Origin: Candidatus Woesebacteria bacterium
GTDB lineage: Bacteria; Patescibacteriota; Microgenomatia; UBA1400; UBA1396
Direction: 5' to 3'
DNA: 64,000 nt
NCBI GenBank assembly: GCA_021208605.1
Contig: JAJOJK010000018.1
Span: 4,780 to 68,779, forward strand
Position numbers and translations under genes: made by a program. Every line of letters begins with the position of its first letter. Positions within the stretch are counted from its first letter, which is position 1. Below the pieces are notes generated by a model, which saw nothing but the letters and a program-made list of their open reading frames with translations, made no database searches and was not told where the DNA came from. Positions 9,495 through 19,366 of this stretch are shown one piece after another.

Positions 9495-10268
9495 TTATTC
9501 AGATTTCTCGTCAGCAGCTTTTTCTTCTTTTTTAGTAGACTTTTTAGCAGCTGGCTTCTTTTCAGTTTTCTCTTCAGCGGGAGCAGCTTTTTCTTCTGCT
9601 TTGGCAGCTTTTTTCGCCTTTGGAGCTTCAGCTTTGGCAGACTCAGCTTTTTGAGCGGTCTTCTTGGCTGGTTTCTTCTCGGCTTTTTCAGCTTTCTTCG
9701 ATTTCTCGTCGGCGTCGGCCTTAGCCTTCGCTTCACGTTGCATCTCTTTTTCTTTTTCTTTGAGTTCGCGCTCTTCTTCGGCGACAGACTTCAAAGTCAT
9801 TCCGCGGAGCTCTACTATATCACGAATTTGACGTAATGCCTCAAACGTAGCGTAGACGTTGGAAGCTTTGTTGTTGGTTCCGAGAATCTTCGCTGAAATA
9901 TCACGAATACCAGCAGCTTCCACAACAGCACGCACTGGACCACCGGCGATAACACCAGATCCACGTGGGGCTGGGTTCAAGATGATACGAGCAGCACCGT
10001 GCTTTACCTCAATAGGGAAAGGAATAGTGGTTCCATCCATAGGAACGGTAAACATCTTTTTGCGAGCGCGACGAACACCTTTTTTGATAGAAGCCAGAAC
10101 ATCTGGAGCTTTACCGAGGGCAACACCAACTTGGCCTTTACGGTCACCAACCACCATTAAAACGGAGAAACCAATTTTGTTTCCACCTTTGGTCTTCTTG
10201 GAGACACGGCTTACTTGCACGACCTTCTCGTCGAATTCCCGCTGATTGCGTTGATCATTATCTCTCAT
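9495..10268 (-). CDS. rpsE: 30S ribosomal protein S5 with ~100-aa Lys/Ala/Glu-rich C-terminal tail
   Basis: 257 aa; the S5 dsRBD plus C-terminal domain runs to ~residue 155, then EEERELKEKEKEMQREAKAKADADEKSKKAEKAEKKPAKK... No rpmD (L30) gene lies between rpsE and rplO. Confidence 0.92.
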   Translation of the reverse strand: MRDNDQRNQREFDEKVVQVSRVSKKTKGGNKIGFSVLMVVGDRKGQVGVALGKAPDVLASIKKGVRRARKKMFTVPMDGTTIPFPIEVKHGAARIILNPAPRGSGVIAGGPVRAVVEAAGIRDISAKILGTNNKASNVYATFEALRQIRDIVELRGMTLKSVAEEERELKEKEKEMQREAKAKADADEKSKKAEKAEKKPAKKTAQKAESAKAEAPKAKKAAKAEEKAAPAEEKTEKKPAAKKSTKKEEKAADEKSE

Positions 10269-10342
10269 ATGTTTATCTAAAAGGATTTTCCTTCAAAGTG
10301 AAACCCGTAGGGAAGGTGAATCCTTTTTCCTTATAGTTCTTT
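10269..10342 (-). promoter_or_regulatory. conserved structured 5'-leader RNA element, copy A (upstream of rpsE)
   Basis: Fills the whole rplR-rpsE intergenic space. Plus strand ATCTAAAAGGATT...GTGAAACCCGTAGGGAAGG...AATCCTTTTTCCTTA gives a 9-bp outer helix, an inner CCTTC/GAAGG helix and a CCC-UAC-GGG mini-hairpin. Same architecture as copies B, C and D. Confidence 0.6.
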
Positions 10343-10696
10343 CTACAGTTCAATTCCTTGTTCACGGATGGTGTCAGCGACAGCTTTAACGCGGCCGTGG
10401 TAACGGTAGTATCCGCGGTCGAAAGTGACTTGCTTAACACCAGCTTGTTTGAGTTGCTCAGCAACTTGCTCAGCGGCAGCTTGAGCGCGTTCCGTCTTCG
10501 TGCCTTTGGCACCTTTGTCATAGGCGGAAGCAACGGTCAGGCTCTTGTCATCATCAATAGCTTGGATGAAGACGTGTTGATTAGAACGATAAATGGACAA
10601 ACGTGGTCGTTCGGCCGTTCCATGCAGTTTGCTGCGCACGCGGCGAGCGCGGCGAAGGCGTTGCTTTTGCAGTGCTTTTTGTTGATTACGTGTCAT
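10343..10696 (-). CDS. rplR: 50S ribosomal protein L18
   Basis: 117 aa L18 family. Confidence 0.92.
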   Translation of the reverse strand: MTRNQQKALQKQRLRRARRVRSKLHGTAERPRLSIYRSNQHVFIQAIDDDKSLTVASAYDKGAKGTKTERAQAAAEQVAEQLKQAGVKQVTFDRGYYRYHGRVKAVADTIREQGIEL

Positions 10697-10718
10697 AGTT
10701 TCCTTTTCGTCTCACTGA

Positions 10719-11270
10719 TTAGGCAGCTTTAGCGAGTGTCTTTCCTTGCTTACGACGAACTTCTTCATCTTCGTAACGAATGCCTTTACCCTTGTAAGGC
10801 TCTGGCGGACGGACTTTGCGAATGTTAGCCGCAACTTGACCAACCATGTGCTTGTCAATACCAGAGACAATAATGGTGTCGTTGCCTTCCACTCCAAAAG
10901 TAATACCTTCAACAGCATCAACTTCCACTGGGTGGGAGAATCCAACGGTCAAAGTCAGACCTTGTCCACGTTGGGCCACACGATAACCGGTACCCACGAG
11001 TTTCAAACGCTTGGTAAATCCATTGGTAACGCCTTCGACCATGTTGTTCAGCAAGCTGCGGATCAAACCGAGGTTCATGCGAGTTTGCTTAGCGTTTGGT
11101 TGTTTGGTAGCGACAACAACAGCTTCAGATTCGTTCACCTCAATAGAGATGTTGTGCACGAAGTCTTGGTGCAGTTCACCTTTGGGTCCTGTAACGGTGA
11201 AACCGGAATCAGTGACGGTTACGGTGACACCACTTGGGATGCTAACTGGTTTCTTTCCAATTTTCGACAT
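10719..11270 (-). CDS. rplF: 50S ribosomal protein L6
   Basis: Track ORF 10719..11309 overlaps rpsH; likely start is the internal MSKIGKKPVSIPSGVTV...; two L6 alpha/beta repeats. Confidence 0.9.
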   Translation of the reverse strand: MSKIGKKPVSIPSGVTVTVTDSGFTVTGPKGELHQDFVHNISIEVNESEAVVVATKQPNAKQTRMNLGLIRSLLNNMVEGVTNGFTKRLKLVGTGYRVAQRGQGLTLTVGFSHPVEVDAVEGITFGVEGNDTIIVSGIDKHMVGQVAANIRKVRPPEPYKGKGIRYEDEEVRRKQGKTLAKAA

Positions 11271-11277
11271 AGTTTCC

Positions 11278-11667
11278 TTACCAAACCTGGAAGAGTATCT
11301 CGCCACCAATTTTCTTTTGGCGAGCTTCTTTATCGGACATTACACCTTGTGAAGTAGACACCACGGCAGTACCGTATCCACCCAAAACCTGGGGGAGTTG
11401 GTCAGCAGAGCGGTAGATGCGGCGTCCAGGTTTAGACACCCGCTTTACGTCTACGACAGCTGGCTTTCCATTGATGTATCGCAAGTCAATGTTCAAGACA
11501 TCTTGTGGTTGTTGGGCTTCACGAGCGTAGCTGCTCACGTAACCACCTTCAACGAGAATTTTTACAATGTTCTCGCGAAGTTTGGACGCGGGCATAACCA
11601 CGGTCTTGTGTTTTGCCATGTACGCATTTTTAATGCGAATAATCAGATCTGCTACAGTATCAGTCAT
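11278..11667 (-). CDS. rpsH: 30S ribosomal protein S8
   Basis: 129 aa S8 family. Confidence 0.93.
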   Translation of the reverse strand: MTDTVADLIIRIKNAYMAKHKTVVMPASKLRENIVKILVEGGYVSSYAREAQQPQDVLNIDLRYINGKPAVVDVKRVSKPGRRIYRSADQLPQVLGGYGTAVVSTSQGVMSDKEARQKKIGGEILFQVW

Positions 11668-11674
11668 ATTTTCC

Positions 11675-11860
11675 TCAGAAGCTCGATTTTACCACACCGG
11701 GTAATTCACCTTTATGGGCCAACTCGCGGAAACACAAACGACACAGACCGAACTGACGCATGTATGCGTGCGGACGGCCACAAAGTGAACAACGGTTCAC
11801 ACCACGCGTCGAGTGGTCGGCGAGTCTTTTAGATTTAGCGATTTTCGATTTTTTAGCCAT
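11675..11860 (-). CDS. rpsZ: 30S ribosomal protein S14 type Z (zinc-binding short form)
   Basis: 61 aa with [23 protein letters not shown] (C4 zinc ribbon). Confidence 0.9.
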   Translation of the reverse strand: MAKKSKIAKSKRLADHSTRGVNRCSLCGRPHAYMRQFGLCRLCFRELAHKGELPGVVKSSF

Positions 11861-11888
11861 ATACTCTGTATGTACCTTATTGCGTTAT

Positions 11889-12437
11889 TTATTCTTCTTT
11901 TGCGAACGGCATGCCGAGGGCTTCCAAGAGAGCGAAAGATTCTTCTTGTCCAGAAGAGTTTTCCACCGTCATGGTGATTTGCAGACCACGGACACGATCA
12001 ATTTTATCGTAATCGATTTCCGGGAACACAATCTGTTCACGGAGACCAAGGCTGTAGTTACCAACTTGGTCGAAAGCAGTGCGAGACACACCACTAAAGT
12101 CTTTCAGCTGTGGCAGGACCACAGTGACCAACTTGTCGAAGAAGGCCCACATGCGCTCACCACGTAAAGTGACGGCGACACCCACTGGGTCTCCAGCACG
12201 GATTTTGAATCCCGCAATAGAAACACGAACTTGGGTAGGTTGGGGCTTCTGACCAGTAATAGCAGCAATCTGCTCCACAACTGGCTCGACTGCCTTTTCA
12301 CCTTGGGGTTCAGTACCAATACCAACGTTCACCACAATTTTGGTGAGTTTGGCGACAGCCAAGGCGTTCTCTTTGCCGAATTTCTCCTGCAAGAGAGCCA
12401 CGACTTTGTCTTGGTAGAGTTGTTTCTTACGGTTCAT
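11889..12437 (-). CDS. rplE: 50S ribosomal protein L5
   Basis: 182 aa L5 family. Confidence 0.93.
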   Translation of the reverse strand: MNRKKQLYQDKVVALLQEKFGKENALAVAKLTKIVVNVGIGTEPQGEKAVEPVVEQIAAITGQKPQPTQVRVSIAGFKIRAGDPVGVAVTLRGERMWAFFDKLVTVVLPQLKDFSGVSRTAFDQVGNYSLGLREQIVFPEIDYDKIDRVRGLQITMTVENSSGQEESFALLEALGMPFAKEE

Positions 12438-12439
12438 GT

Positions 12440-12748
12440 TTACTCAATCTTTTTGCCTGTTTTCTTAAAGACGCGAACTTTGGTGCCATCTTTTTCGATT
12501 TGGTACCCAATACGGTCCGCTTGTTTGGTCGCTTCGTTCCAGATCGCCACTTTGGCGGTTGGAAGAGCGCGTTCTTTGCGTTCACGACGACCAGCTTGAC
12601 CCATCATCGGCTTGAAGTTGCGAGTGTACATATTAGCACCCTGCACAACCACAGTCTCTGCCTCTGGATTCACCTTCAGGATTTGACCCTGGTGTCCTTT
12701 GTCTTTACCGCTGGTTACAATGACTTTGTCACCGACTTTGAACTTCAT
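12440..12748 (-). CDS. rplX: 50S ribosomal protein L24
   Basis: 102 aa, KOW motif (MKFKVGDKVIVTSGKDKGHQGQI...). Confidence 0.93.
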   Translation of the reverse strand: MKFKVGDKVIVTSGKDKGHQGQILKVNPEAETVVVQGANMYTRNFKPMMGQAGRRERKERALPTAKVAIWNEATKQADRIGYQIEKDGTKVRVFKKTGKKIE

Positions 12749-12756
12749 AGTTGTCC

Positions 12757-13131
12757 TTATAATACCTCTGGCGCGAGAGACGCTATTTTAGCATATCCGG
12801 CGTCTTTTACCTCACGGGCAATTGGTCCGAAGACACGCGTGCCCTTTGGCTTTTTGTTTTCCATATCTTCAAGCACTACAGCAGCGTTATCGTCAAAGCG
12901 AACGTAGCTCCCATCAGCACGGCGAACTTCTTTTTTAACGCGGACAATAACGGCTTTCACCATTGTGCCCTTTTTCAGTTCGGCGTTTGGTTGAGCTGAG
13001 ATGACTGAAGCGGTAACTACATCTCCGAGTGATCCAGTCGGACGACGGGAACCGCCGTGCACGTTGATCAAGCGGAGTCTGCGTGCTCCAGAGTTATCAG
13101 CGACTTGTAAAACTGTTCTCAGCTGTACCAT
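12757..13131 (-). CDS. rplN: 50S ribosomal protein L14
   Basis: 124 aa L14 family. Confidence 0.93.
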   Translation of the reverse strand: MVQLRTVLQVADNSGARRLRLINVHGGSRRPTGSLGDVVTASVISAQPNAELKKGTMVKAVIVRVKKEVRRADGSYVRFDDNAAVVLEDMENKKPKGTRVFGPIAREVKDAGYAKIASLAPEVL

Positions 13132-13149
13132 GTTGACTCTCTTATTCTA

Positions 13150-13389
13150 TTATTCCATCTTTTCAGTAACGACAAAGCGTTTGGTTTTGCTGATTGGTTG
13201 GCTCTCAGTCATGACAACTACGTTGCCGGCTTCAAGTTCCATACCGTCAGCGACATGTGCCAAGTAGTTCTTGGTGCGCTTCACGTATTTTTTGTAAATT
13301 GGGTGCTGCCAGTTGCGCTCGACGACGACTTTCACAGTCTTGTTGTCGATGACGTTGACTACAGTTCCCTGGATTGTTTTCTTTGCCAT
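13150..13389 (-). CDS. rpsQ: 30S ribosomal protein S17
   Basis: 79 aa S17 family. Confidence 0.92.
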   Translation of the reverse strand: MAKKTIQGTVVNVIDNKTVKVVVERNWQHPIYKKYVKRTKNYLAHVADGMELEAGNVVVMTESQPISKTKRFVVTEKME

Positions 13390-13398
13390 GTTGTCCTC

Positions 13399-13632
13399 TT
13401 ATACCTGTTCTTCAGTAGCTTGAGCAGCTTCTTTTTCACGACTGCTCATTTCAGCTTTGATCATTTTGATTGTTTGCTGAGTTTTGTAGGCCGCTCTGAC
13501 ATCAACTTCAGTACGATCCTGAAGACGTCGTTCTTGACGAGCACGAATGAGCGTTCCTTGTAGTTCACGGAGACGTTTCTGCAGCTCTTCAGTTGAAAGG
13601 GCTAACAGTTCCTGTTTCTGATCGCGCTTCAT
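13399..13632 (-). CDS. rpmC: 50S ribosomal protein L29
   Basis: 77 aa coiled-coil L29; 4-nt overlap with rplP. Confidence 0.9.
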   Translation of the reverse strand: MKRDQKQELLALSTEELQKRLRELQGTLIRARQERRLQDRTEVDVRAAYKTQQTIKMIKAEMSSREKEAAQATEEQV

Positions 13633-14045
13633 GCTTCCTCACCTTTTTTCACAAACTTTGTTTTCATTGGGATCTTATGACCAGCTTTGCGGAAGGCTTC
13701 ACGTGCCACCGTTTCTGGGACCCCAGCCAGCTCGAAAAGCACATGACCTGGCTTAATTTTGACGACGTATTCCTTAATATCACCTTTACCAGAACCCATT
13801 TTCACACCTTGTGCTTTTTGAGTCACAGGATGATCTGGGAACACACGAATCCAGAGTTTACCCATACGCTTGGTCGAACGAGCGAGCACTTTACGGGTAG
13901 CTTCAATCTGACGAGCAGAGAATTCACCGCGGTCAGTGGCTTGCAAACCAAACTCACCGAAATCAACGGAGTTACCACGTTGGGCTGTACCACGGTTCTT
14001 GCCGCGGAACATCTTTCGATATTTGGTTTTCTTTGGTTGTAACAT
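13629..14045 (-). CDS. rplP: 50S ribosomal protein L16
   Basis: 138 aa L16 family. Confidence 0.93.
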   Translation of the reverse strand: MLQPKKTKYRKMFRGKNRGTAQRGNSVDFGEFGLQATDRGEFSARQIEATRKVLARSTKRMGKLWIRVFPDHPVTQKAQGVKMGSGKGDIKEYVVKIKPGHVLFELAGVPETVAREAFRKAGHKIPMKTKFVKKGEEA

Positions 14046-14068
14046 AGCTTCCTTTGTCGTTCCGTAAC

Positions 14069-14734
14069 TTACTTGGTTTCAGCCTCGACTTCACCCTTGT
14101 TGACCCAAACCTTAATACCAACGGTACCAGATTTGGTGTGAGCCGGAGATTCGTAGTAATCAATGTTGGCGCGAATGGTTTGGGTTGGGATCGTACCTTC
14201 GTGGTATTTCTCACGACGACCAATTTCCGCACCACCGATACGACCTGAGAGCTGGATTTTGATACCCTTCGCACCAGCGTTCATAGCGCGCTCAATTGCT
14301 TGAGACACAGCACGGCGGTGTGGGTAACGCTTCGAAAGTTGGTCAGCAATACGCTCCACCACAAACTTGGCAGAAGTATCTGGGTTTTTGACCTCGACGA
14401 TTTCGTCGATGGAAACTTTCATTCCCTTTGGATCGTTTGGATTTATTTTCAAGAGCTTAGCAAGATTTTTCTTCAGGAGTTCAAGATTAGAACCACCACG
14501 ACCAATCACCACACCCGGACGAGTCACGTGCAGACGAATCTTAATCACGTTGATCGAACGCTCAATCTCAATGGTATCGAGACCCGCGTTAGACAAGTTC
14601 GCGCGGAAAAAATCGCGAATCTTCTTGTCTTCGAGCACACGTTTGGCGTAGTCGCTCGAGTTAGCGTACCAGGTAGACTTCCAAGAGAAAGTGTTGCCAA
14701 TACGGAAACCGGTTGGATTAATCTTCTGTCCCAT
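14069..14734 (-). CDS. rpsC: 30S ribosomal protein S3
   Basis: 221 aa, KH domain plus S3 C-terminal domain. Confidence 0.93.
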   Translation of the reverse strand: MGQKINPTGFRIGNTFSWKSTWYANSSDYAKRVLEDKKIRDFFRANLSNAGLDTIEIERSINVIKIRLHVTRPGVVIGRGGSNLELLKKNLAKLLKINPNDPKGMKVSIDEIVEVKNPDTSAKFVVERIADQLSKRYPHRRAVSQAIERAMNAGAKGIKIQLSGRIGGAEIGRREKYHEGTIPTQTIRANIDYYESPAHTKSGTVGIKVWVNKGEVEAETK

Positions 14735-14827
14735 ATATATCTAAAAGGTCTGTTCTTCAGCGCGGAGTCCAGGGGGGAGGGTGATACCTTTCCCGGTATT
14801 GGACCTCGTGCGAGGGTGTCCTTTTCC
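14735..14827 (-). promoter_or_regulatory. conserved structured 5'-leader RNA element, copy B (upstream of rpsC; diverged and longer)
   Basis: ATATATCTAAAAGGTCTG-TTCTTCAGCGCGGAGTCCAGGGGGGAGGGTGATACCTTTCC...CCTTTTCCTTA. Shares the flanks and the CTTCAGCG...GGG core with copy C. Confidence 0.5.
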
Positions 14828-15448
14828 TTATTCTGTTTTCTTTGTGTCTTTCTTGCTTGACTTTTTAGCAGTGGTCTTCTTTTTGGCAGGAGACTTTGTT
14901 TCAGCTTTTTTGGCTGCTGTCTTCTTGGTGGTAGACTTTTTCGTTGTTTCTTTTTTAGCGGCTGCTTTCTCAGAAGACTTGGAAGACTTCTTTACCGCTT
15001 TCTTTTCAGCAGTTTTGGTTTCTGCTTTTTCTGCTGCTGGAGCATCAGAGGCACTGGCCTCAGCGGCTTTTTCGGCCTTAGCTGGCTTTGCAGCAGCTTT
15101 TGGAGCGGCAGCTTCTTCAACGTGGAGCTCAACCAAAACGTGAGAGGTTTTCTTCTCATACGGTTTGGCGCGACCACGGGAGCCAGCGCGGAAACGCTTG
15201 TACGTTGGACCCTCATTGATCATAAGAGATTTGAGAGACAACTGTGTTTCGTTGTAGCCCATGTTGTTCACGGCGTTGGCGACGGCTTGACGAATCGTTT
15301 CATTAATGACGCGTGCACCACGTTTGTTGAGGTTCGTCAAAATTTCGTTGATCTCTGGCAGTTCACGACCGCGAACGAGATCAGCCACCGCACGCAGTTT
15401 GCGTGGAGTTTGTCGAACGTATTTCTGTATTGCTCGTACTGTTGCCAT
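14828..15448 (-). CDS. rplV: 50S ribosomal protein L22 with ~95-aa Lys/Ala/Thr/Ser-rich C-terminal tail
   Basis: 206 aa; L22 core ~110 aa followed by AAAPKAAAKPAKAEKAAEASAS...KKTTAKKSSKKDTKKTE. Confidence 0.92.
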   Translation of the reverse strand: MATVRAIQKYVRQTPRKLRAVADLVRGRELPEINEILTNLNKRGARVINETIRQAVANAVNNMGYNETQLSLKSLMINEGPTYKRFRAGSRGRAKPYEKKTSHVLVELHVEEAAAPKAAAKPAKAEKAAEASASDAPAAEKAETKTAEKKAVKKSSKSSEKAAAKKETTKKSTTKKTAAKKAETKSPAKKKTTAKKSSKKDTKKTE

Positions 15449-15458
15449 AGATTCCTTA

Positions 15459-15743
15459 TTATGTCTTCGTCAGGAGACGTTTCACAACCTTACCGTGACC
15501 GTGGAAGGTACGAGAAGGAGCGAACTCACCAAGACGGTGTCCTACCATTTCTTCACCAACATAGACTTCAATAAACTTACGACCGTTGTGCACCAAGAAC
15601 GTGTGTCCCACGAATTCTGGAGCAATCTGTGATTGACGGGCCCAAGTCTTGATTGGTTGCTTGCTGTCGCTGGCTTTTTGTGCCATGACTTTTTGCAGCA
15701 ACTTCTCGTCTACGTATGGTCCTTTTTTTGCACTTCGTGACAT
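15459..15743 (-). CDS. rpsS: 30S ribosomal protein S19
   Basis: 94 aa S19 family. Confidence 0.93.
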   Translation of the reverse strand: MSRSAKKGPYVDEKLLQKVMAQKASDSKQPIKTWARQSQIAPEFVGHTFLVHNGRKFIEVYVGEEMVGHRLGEFAPSRTFHGHGKVVKRLLTKT

Positions 15744-15771
15744 ATGTCTGTTTCCTTACTTCTCTTCGACG

Positions 15772-16605
15772 TTAGATCTTCTTGCGACGGTCTTTTACGA
15801 TGTACTTGTCAGAGTACTTCTTCTGCTTACGGGTCTTCTTACCCAAAGCTGGTTTACCCCAAGGAGTCTTCGGATGCTTCATACCAACACCGCTGCGGCC
15901 TTCACCACCACCATGTGGGTGAGCACCTGGGTGCATAGCTGTACCGCGCACACTTGGGCGAATACCAAGATGACGCTTGCGACCAGCTTTTCCGAGTTTC
16001 TGGTTTTTGTGGTCAGCGTTTCCGACTTCACCAATAGTAGCCATACCGTCTACAGGAACCATGCGGATCTCTTTAGACGGAAGCTGAATTGTAGCATATT
16101 TTTCGTCTTTTGCCTGGATCAAAGCGGCTGTGCCAGCTCCACGAACCATCTGAGCACCCTTACCAGGACGCAGTTCAATGTTGTGAATAGGCATACCAAC
16201 TGGAATATTACGCAGTGGCAAAGCATTTCCCATGGCCAGCTCAGCTTCAGGACCAGATTGGATCATTTGACCCACTTCTAAACCCTTCGGAGCCAAAATG
16301 TAGCGCTTTTCACCATCAACATAGTTGATTAAAGCAATGTTAGCGTTACGGTTTGGATCGTACTCGATTTGAGCCACTTTACCGGAAATGCCGAATTTCT
16401 CGCGCTTCCAGTCAATCATGCGGTATTTGCGCTTGGCACCACCACCACGATGACGGACAGTAATTTTACCCTGGTTATTGCGACCATTGCGACGACGAGT
16501 TCCTTTGGTAGTCAAACCCTTGACTGGGTTGTTTTCCGCCAAATTCTGCTTGTTGTCAACTCGGTTACGAGTTCCTGGTGAGGTTGGTTTCGTCTTTTTC
16601 AACAT
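15772..16605 (-). CDS. rplB: 50S ribosomal protein L2
   Basis: 277 aa L2 family. Confidence 0.93.
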   Translation of the reverse strand: MLKKTKPTSPGTRNRVDNKQNLAENNPVKGLTTKGTRRRNGRNNQGKITVRHRGGGAKRKYRMIDWKREKFGISGKVAQIEYDPNRNANIALINYVDGEKRYILAPKGLEVGQMIQSGPEAELAMGNALPLRNIPVGMPIHNIELRPGKGAQMVRGAGTAALIQAKDEKYATIQLPSKEIRMVPVDGMATIGEVGNADHKNQKLGKAGRKRHLGIRPSVRGTAMHPGAHPHGGGEGRSGVGMKHPKTPWGKPALGKKTRKQKKYSDKYIVKDRRKKI

Positions 16606-16613
16606 ATGAGTCC

Positions 16614-16904
16614 TTAGAGATCAAATAATTCAATCTTTTCACCTTCTGGCAGTACGATAATAGCCTTTTTACGATCAGCTTGCTTGGCTGGACGACGCTT
16701 CGAACCGGTGCGACGCACTTTACCAGGCACAGTAATAGTCTTGATGTCTTGAACATTCACACCAAAACCAGCTTCAATAGCTTTTTTGATTTCCAGCTTG
16801 TCAGCAGAGGGAGCCACGTAGAAGGTAAAAGAATTTTCTTCTTTCGCCATGCGCAGAGACTTTTCTGTGATAACCGGAGCAATAATGACGTATGGATTTA
16901 TCAT
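16614..16904 (-). CDS. rplW: 50S ribosomal protein L23
   Basis: 96 aa L23 family. Confidence 0.92.
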   Translation of the reverse strand: MINPYVIIAPVITEKSLRMAKEENSFTFYVAPSADKLEIKKAIEAGFGVNVQDIKTITVPGKVRRTGSKRRPAKQADRKKAIIVLPEGEKIELFDL

Positions 16905-17548
16905 GCTGAGGCCTTGTCTTTGTTATTGAGTAAGCGAGCTTCCAAACGATCCAAAGCTGGTTGCATAACCACGATGGTGTCAGCTTGTGCTACTTCGAGA
17001 GCATTCAAACGATCAGCGCGAGTGATAGAAACATTCGCCACGTTGGAGAAAGCATTCACCACATTTTCACGAGACTCATCGATGACGAGTAACACTTTTT
17101 GGTTGGCTTCTGCAACCTGAGCGATAAATGCCGCTGCATCTTTTGTTTTTGCGGTAATGGTATCGAGATCAGTGACCACACTGACAGCATCACGTACTGC
17201 TTGCATTGTTAAAGCATAGACAGTCGCTTTGCGAGCCATTTTGGTGGGGAGAGATTTCTTCCAGTTTTCAAAACCAGTCGGACCATGAGCAATACCACCA
17301 CCAACAAAGATCGGAGCGGTCTTCGCACCGTGACGGGCATTACCGGTACCTTTTTGGCGATAGATTTTTGCACCTGTGTGACGAACTTCACCACGACGGA
17401 GCGTGCTCGCGCCACCTTGGCGTTGGTTGGAACGGTACACATGGACTGCTTGAGTGACCAATTCTGGTTTTACGTCAGCATTGAACAGCTCATCAGAGAC
17501 AGTGATAGTGGTTGACTTCCCATCGAGGGAATATTTCTTCAGTTTCAT
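16901..17548 (-). CDS. rplD: 50S ribosomal protein L4
   Basis: 215 aa L4 family. Confidence 0.92.
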   Translation of the reverse strand: MKLKKYSLDGKSTTITVSDELFNADVKPELVTQAVHVYRSNQRQGGASTLRRGEVRHTGAKIYRQKGTGNARHGAKTAPIFVGGGIAHGPTGFENWKKSLPTKMARKATVYALTMQAVRDAVSVVTDLDTITAKTKDAAAFIAQVAEANQKVLLVIDESRENVVNAFSNVANVSITRADRLNALEVAQADTIVVMQPALDRLEARLLNNKDKASA

Positions 17549-18270
17549 GCTTGGGTCTCCTCAGTCGAGTCTTCGGTGGCAGCAACTTCGGCAGCGTTTA
17601 CGCCTAGTTCAGCCTTACTGAAATCATTCAAAGCAATGTCTTTGCCAGCGCCTTGCTTACGCAGCGTGACGATGGTGTTGTAAGCTCCAGGGATAGTACC
17701 CTTCACCCAGATGACTTGTTCGCTTGGATTGACCGCAACTACACTCACATTTTCGAGTGTAACGGTGTCGCCACCGGAACGACCAGCCATCTTTTTACCA
17801 GGCCAGACACGACCTGGAGTGGTACCGGCACCAATGGAACCAGGGGCACGTTGACGATCAGATTGACCATGGGTCTTCGGACCACCGGCAAACCCCCAAC
17901 GTTTGACCACACCAGTAAAGCCTTTGCCTTTGCTCGTAGCGGTCACCTTGACGGTATCACCAGCTTGTACCACTTCTTCTGCTAACAAAATGCGACCGGG
18001 ATTCAGTTCTTCGGTCGCGGTGGTTTCCAAAAAGACACGTTTGCCGGCTTCAATCTTCGCAGCAGCGAGCTGAGCTTGTTGAGCCTTAGCCATGTTGTGC
18101 ATCTTCTTGTCACCAAAAGCGATCTGCACTTGTGTGCTATCATCTTCTTGCGACACAGTGCGCACTACTACGTTACCGCCAATATACAACTTGGTTACGA
18201 CCAAGCGGGTACCGTTTTCGGTCCAAACTTGACGCATATCTTTCTTCTGAGCCAATACTGTGTCTACCAT
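17545..18270 (-). CDS. rplC: 50S ribosomal protein L3 (with C-terminal extension)
   Basis: 241 aa L3 family. Confidence 0.92.
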   Translation of the reverse strand: MVDTVLAQKKDMRQVWTENGTRLVVTKLYIGGNVVVRTVSQEDDSTQVQIAFGDKKMHNMAKAQQAQLAAAKIEAGKRVFLETTATEELNPGRILLAEEVVQAGDTVKVTATSKGKGFTGVVKRWGFAGGPKTHGQSDRQRAPGSIGAGTTPGRVWPGKKMAGRSGGDTVTLENVSVVAVNPSEQVIWVKGTIPGAYNTIVTLRKQGAGKDIALNDFSKAELGVNAAEVAATEDSTEETQA

Positions 18271-18293
18271 GTTTTCCTTAGTGTCGAAGTTAC

Positions 18294-18623
18294 TTAGTTC
18301 TTGATCTGAATTCCCACACCAGCGGGAAGCTCCAGATGCATTAAAGAATCAATTGTTTTGTTGGTTGGGTTAACGATGTCTAAAACACGAATGTGTGTAC
18401 GCATCTCAAAGTGCTCACGAGAGTCTTTGTCAGTGTGAGGAGATCGCAACACAGTGAAACGTTTTTTCTGTGTCGGCATTGGAATCGGACCGATTAAATC
18501 AGCGCCGCTCGCCAATACGCTCTGCATGATCTTACGTACGGCTTCATCGAGAATACGATGATCGAACGCTTTCAAACGAACGCGAATTTTATTTGCTGAG
18601 TCTTGTTTCGTGTTTTTAGCCAT
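18294..18623 (-). CDS. rpsJ: 30S ribosomal protein S10
   Basis: 109 aa S10 family. Confidence 0.93.
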   Translation of the reverse strand: MAKNTKQDSANKIRVRLKAFDHRILDEAVRKIMQSVLASGADLIGPIPMPTQKKRFTVLRSPHTDKDSREHFEMRTHIRVLDIVNPTNKTIDSLMHLELPAGVGIQIKN

Positions 18624-18720
18624 ATATACCTAAAAGGTCTGATCTTCAGCGTGAAACCCACAGGGAAGGTCAGACCTTTTTCCTTACAGGGCCTCAAGAG
18701 AGGATGTTCCTTTTCCTTTG
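18624..18720 (-). promoter_or_regulatory. conserved structured 5'-leader RNA element, copy C (upstream of rpsJ)
   Basis: Plus strand ATATACCTAAAAGGTCTGA-TCTTCAGCGTGAAACCCACAGGGAAGG-TCAGACCTTTTTCCTTA gives a perfect 10-bp outer helix (AAAGGTCTGA/TCAGACCTTT); a second CCTTTTCCTTT tract follows at ~18708-18720. Confidence 0.6.
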
Positions 18721-18787
18721 TCATTTTGACAGACTGTGATTATAACGCATACCTGGCTTTCTGCCAAGGGGAAATGGGAGGAGATTG

Positions 18788-18864
18788 GGAAGGTTACCTT
18801 CCTTTTCAGTTTTCTCTGGAAAGGTTACCTTAAGGGAACCTTTCCAGATGTAGTTAAAGAGTAA
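18788..18864. repeat. IS200-like element left-end repeat with palindrome (hairpin ~18816-18847)
   Basis: GAAGGTTACCTTCC...TTCTCTGGAAAGGTTACCTTAAGGGAACCTTTCCAGATGTAGTTAAAGAG; a direct-repeat copy of 19367-19452. Confidence 0.65.
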
Positions 18865-18956
18865 GGCTCCCCTTCCCTATTTCAACTAAATTTTATACCC
18901 AAAGTGTTTCCAATTAAGTAAGCCCATTTCAATGTGGTTTCTCAAAATATACTTGT

Positions 18957-19322
18957 CTAATCGCATTTCCTCTTCTTTTTTTTCGATATTAGCGTAGCTT
19001 TATATGGTGTTTCAAAAACGCGACCTGAGCCACCATGTCGCCCTCGATAATACTTCCCAAAAGCTGTCATTACACTTCTCATAAGATGTTCCATGTCTCT
19101 CGAGTTTTCTTGCCATACTTTTAAGTGAAAATGATTTGGAAGAATATTAAAGGGTGATATCATAATTACCCCAGACATTTTTTTCATTTTCAGTCTTGCA
19201 ATTCTTCGAAAAACCCAAAAATCAGTGTCATCTTGAAATACGATAGATCCTGCGGCACCTCTGTTATACACGTGATAGACAGCGTTTTCATAGTATTCCT
19301 TATCAACATTTTTTTGCGGCAT
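18957..19322 (-). CDS. tnpA: IS200/IS605-family HUH tyrosine (Y1) transposase TnpA / RAYT-like
   Basis: 121 aa with YHVYNRG, the HuH motif ILPNHFHLKV and a C-terminal FGKYYRGRHGGSGRVFETPYKATLI (catalytic Tyr region). COG1943/PF01797-type signature. Confidence 0.75.
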   Translation of the reverse strand: MPQKNVDKEYYENAVYHVYNRGAAGSIVFQDDTDFWVFRRIARLKMKKMSGVIMISPFNILPNHFHLKVWQENSRDMEHLMRSVMTAFGKYYRGRHGGSGRVFETPYKATLISKKKKRKCD

Positions 19323-19366
19323 ACAGGAAATATCTCAAATAAATTGAACAGAAAAAGAACAATTTT

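Noticed and set aside
10273-10533. 86-aa ORF overlapping rplR in another frame; likewise 10712..10945, 9329..9736, 14992..15216, 48014..48394, 50309..50575
   Set aside because: Each lies inside a confidently identified gene on the same strand in a different frame, or is the reverse frame of a low-complexity Lys/Ala tail. No independent support.
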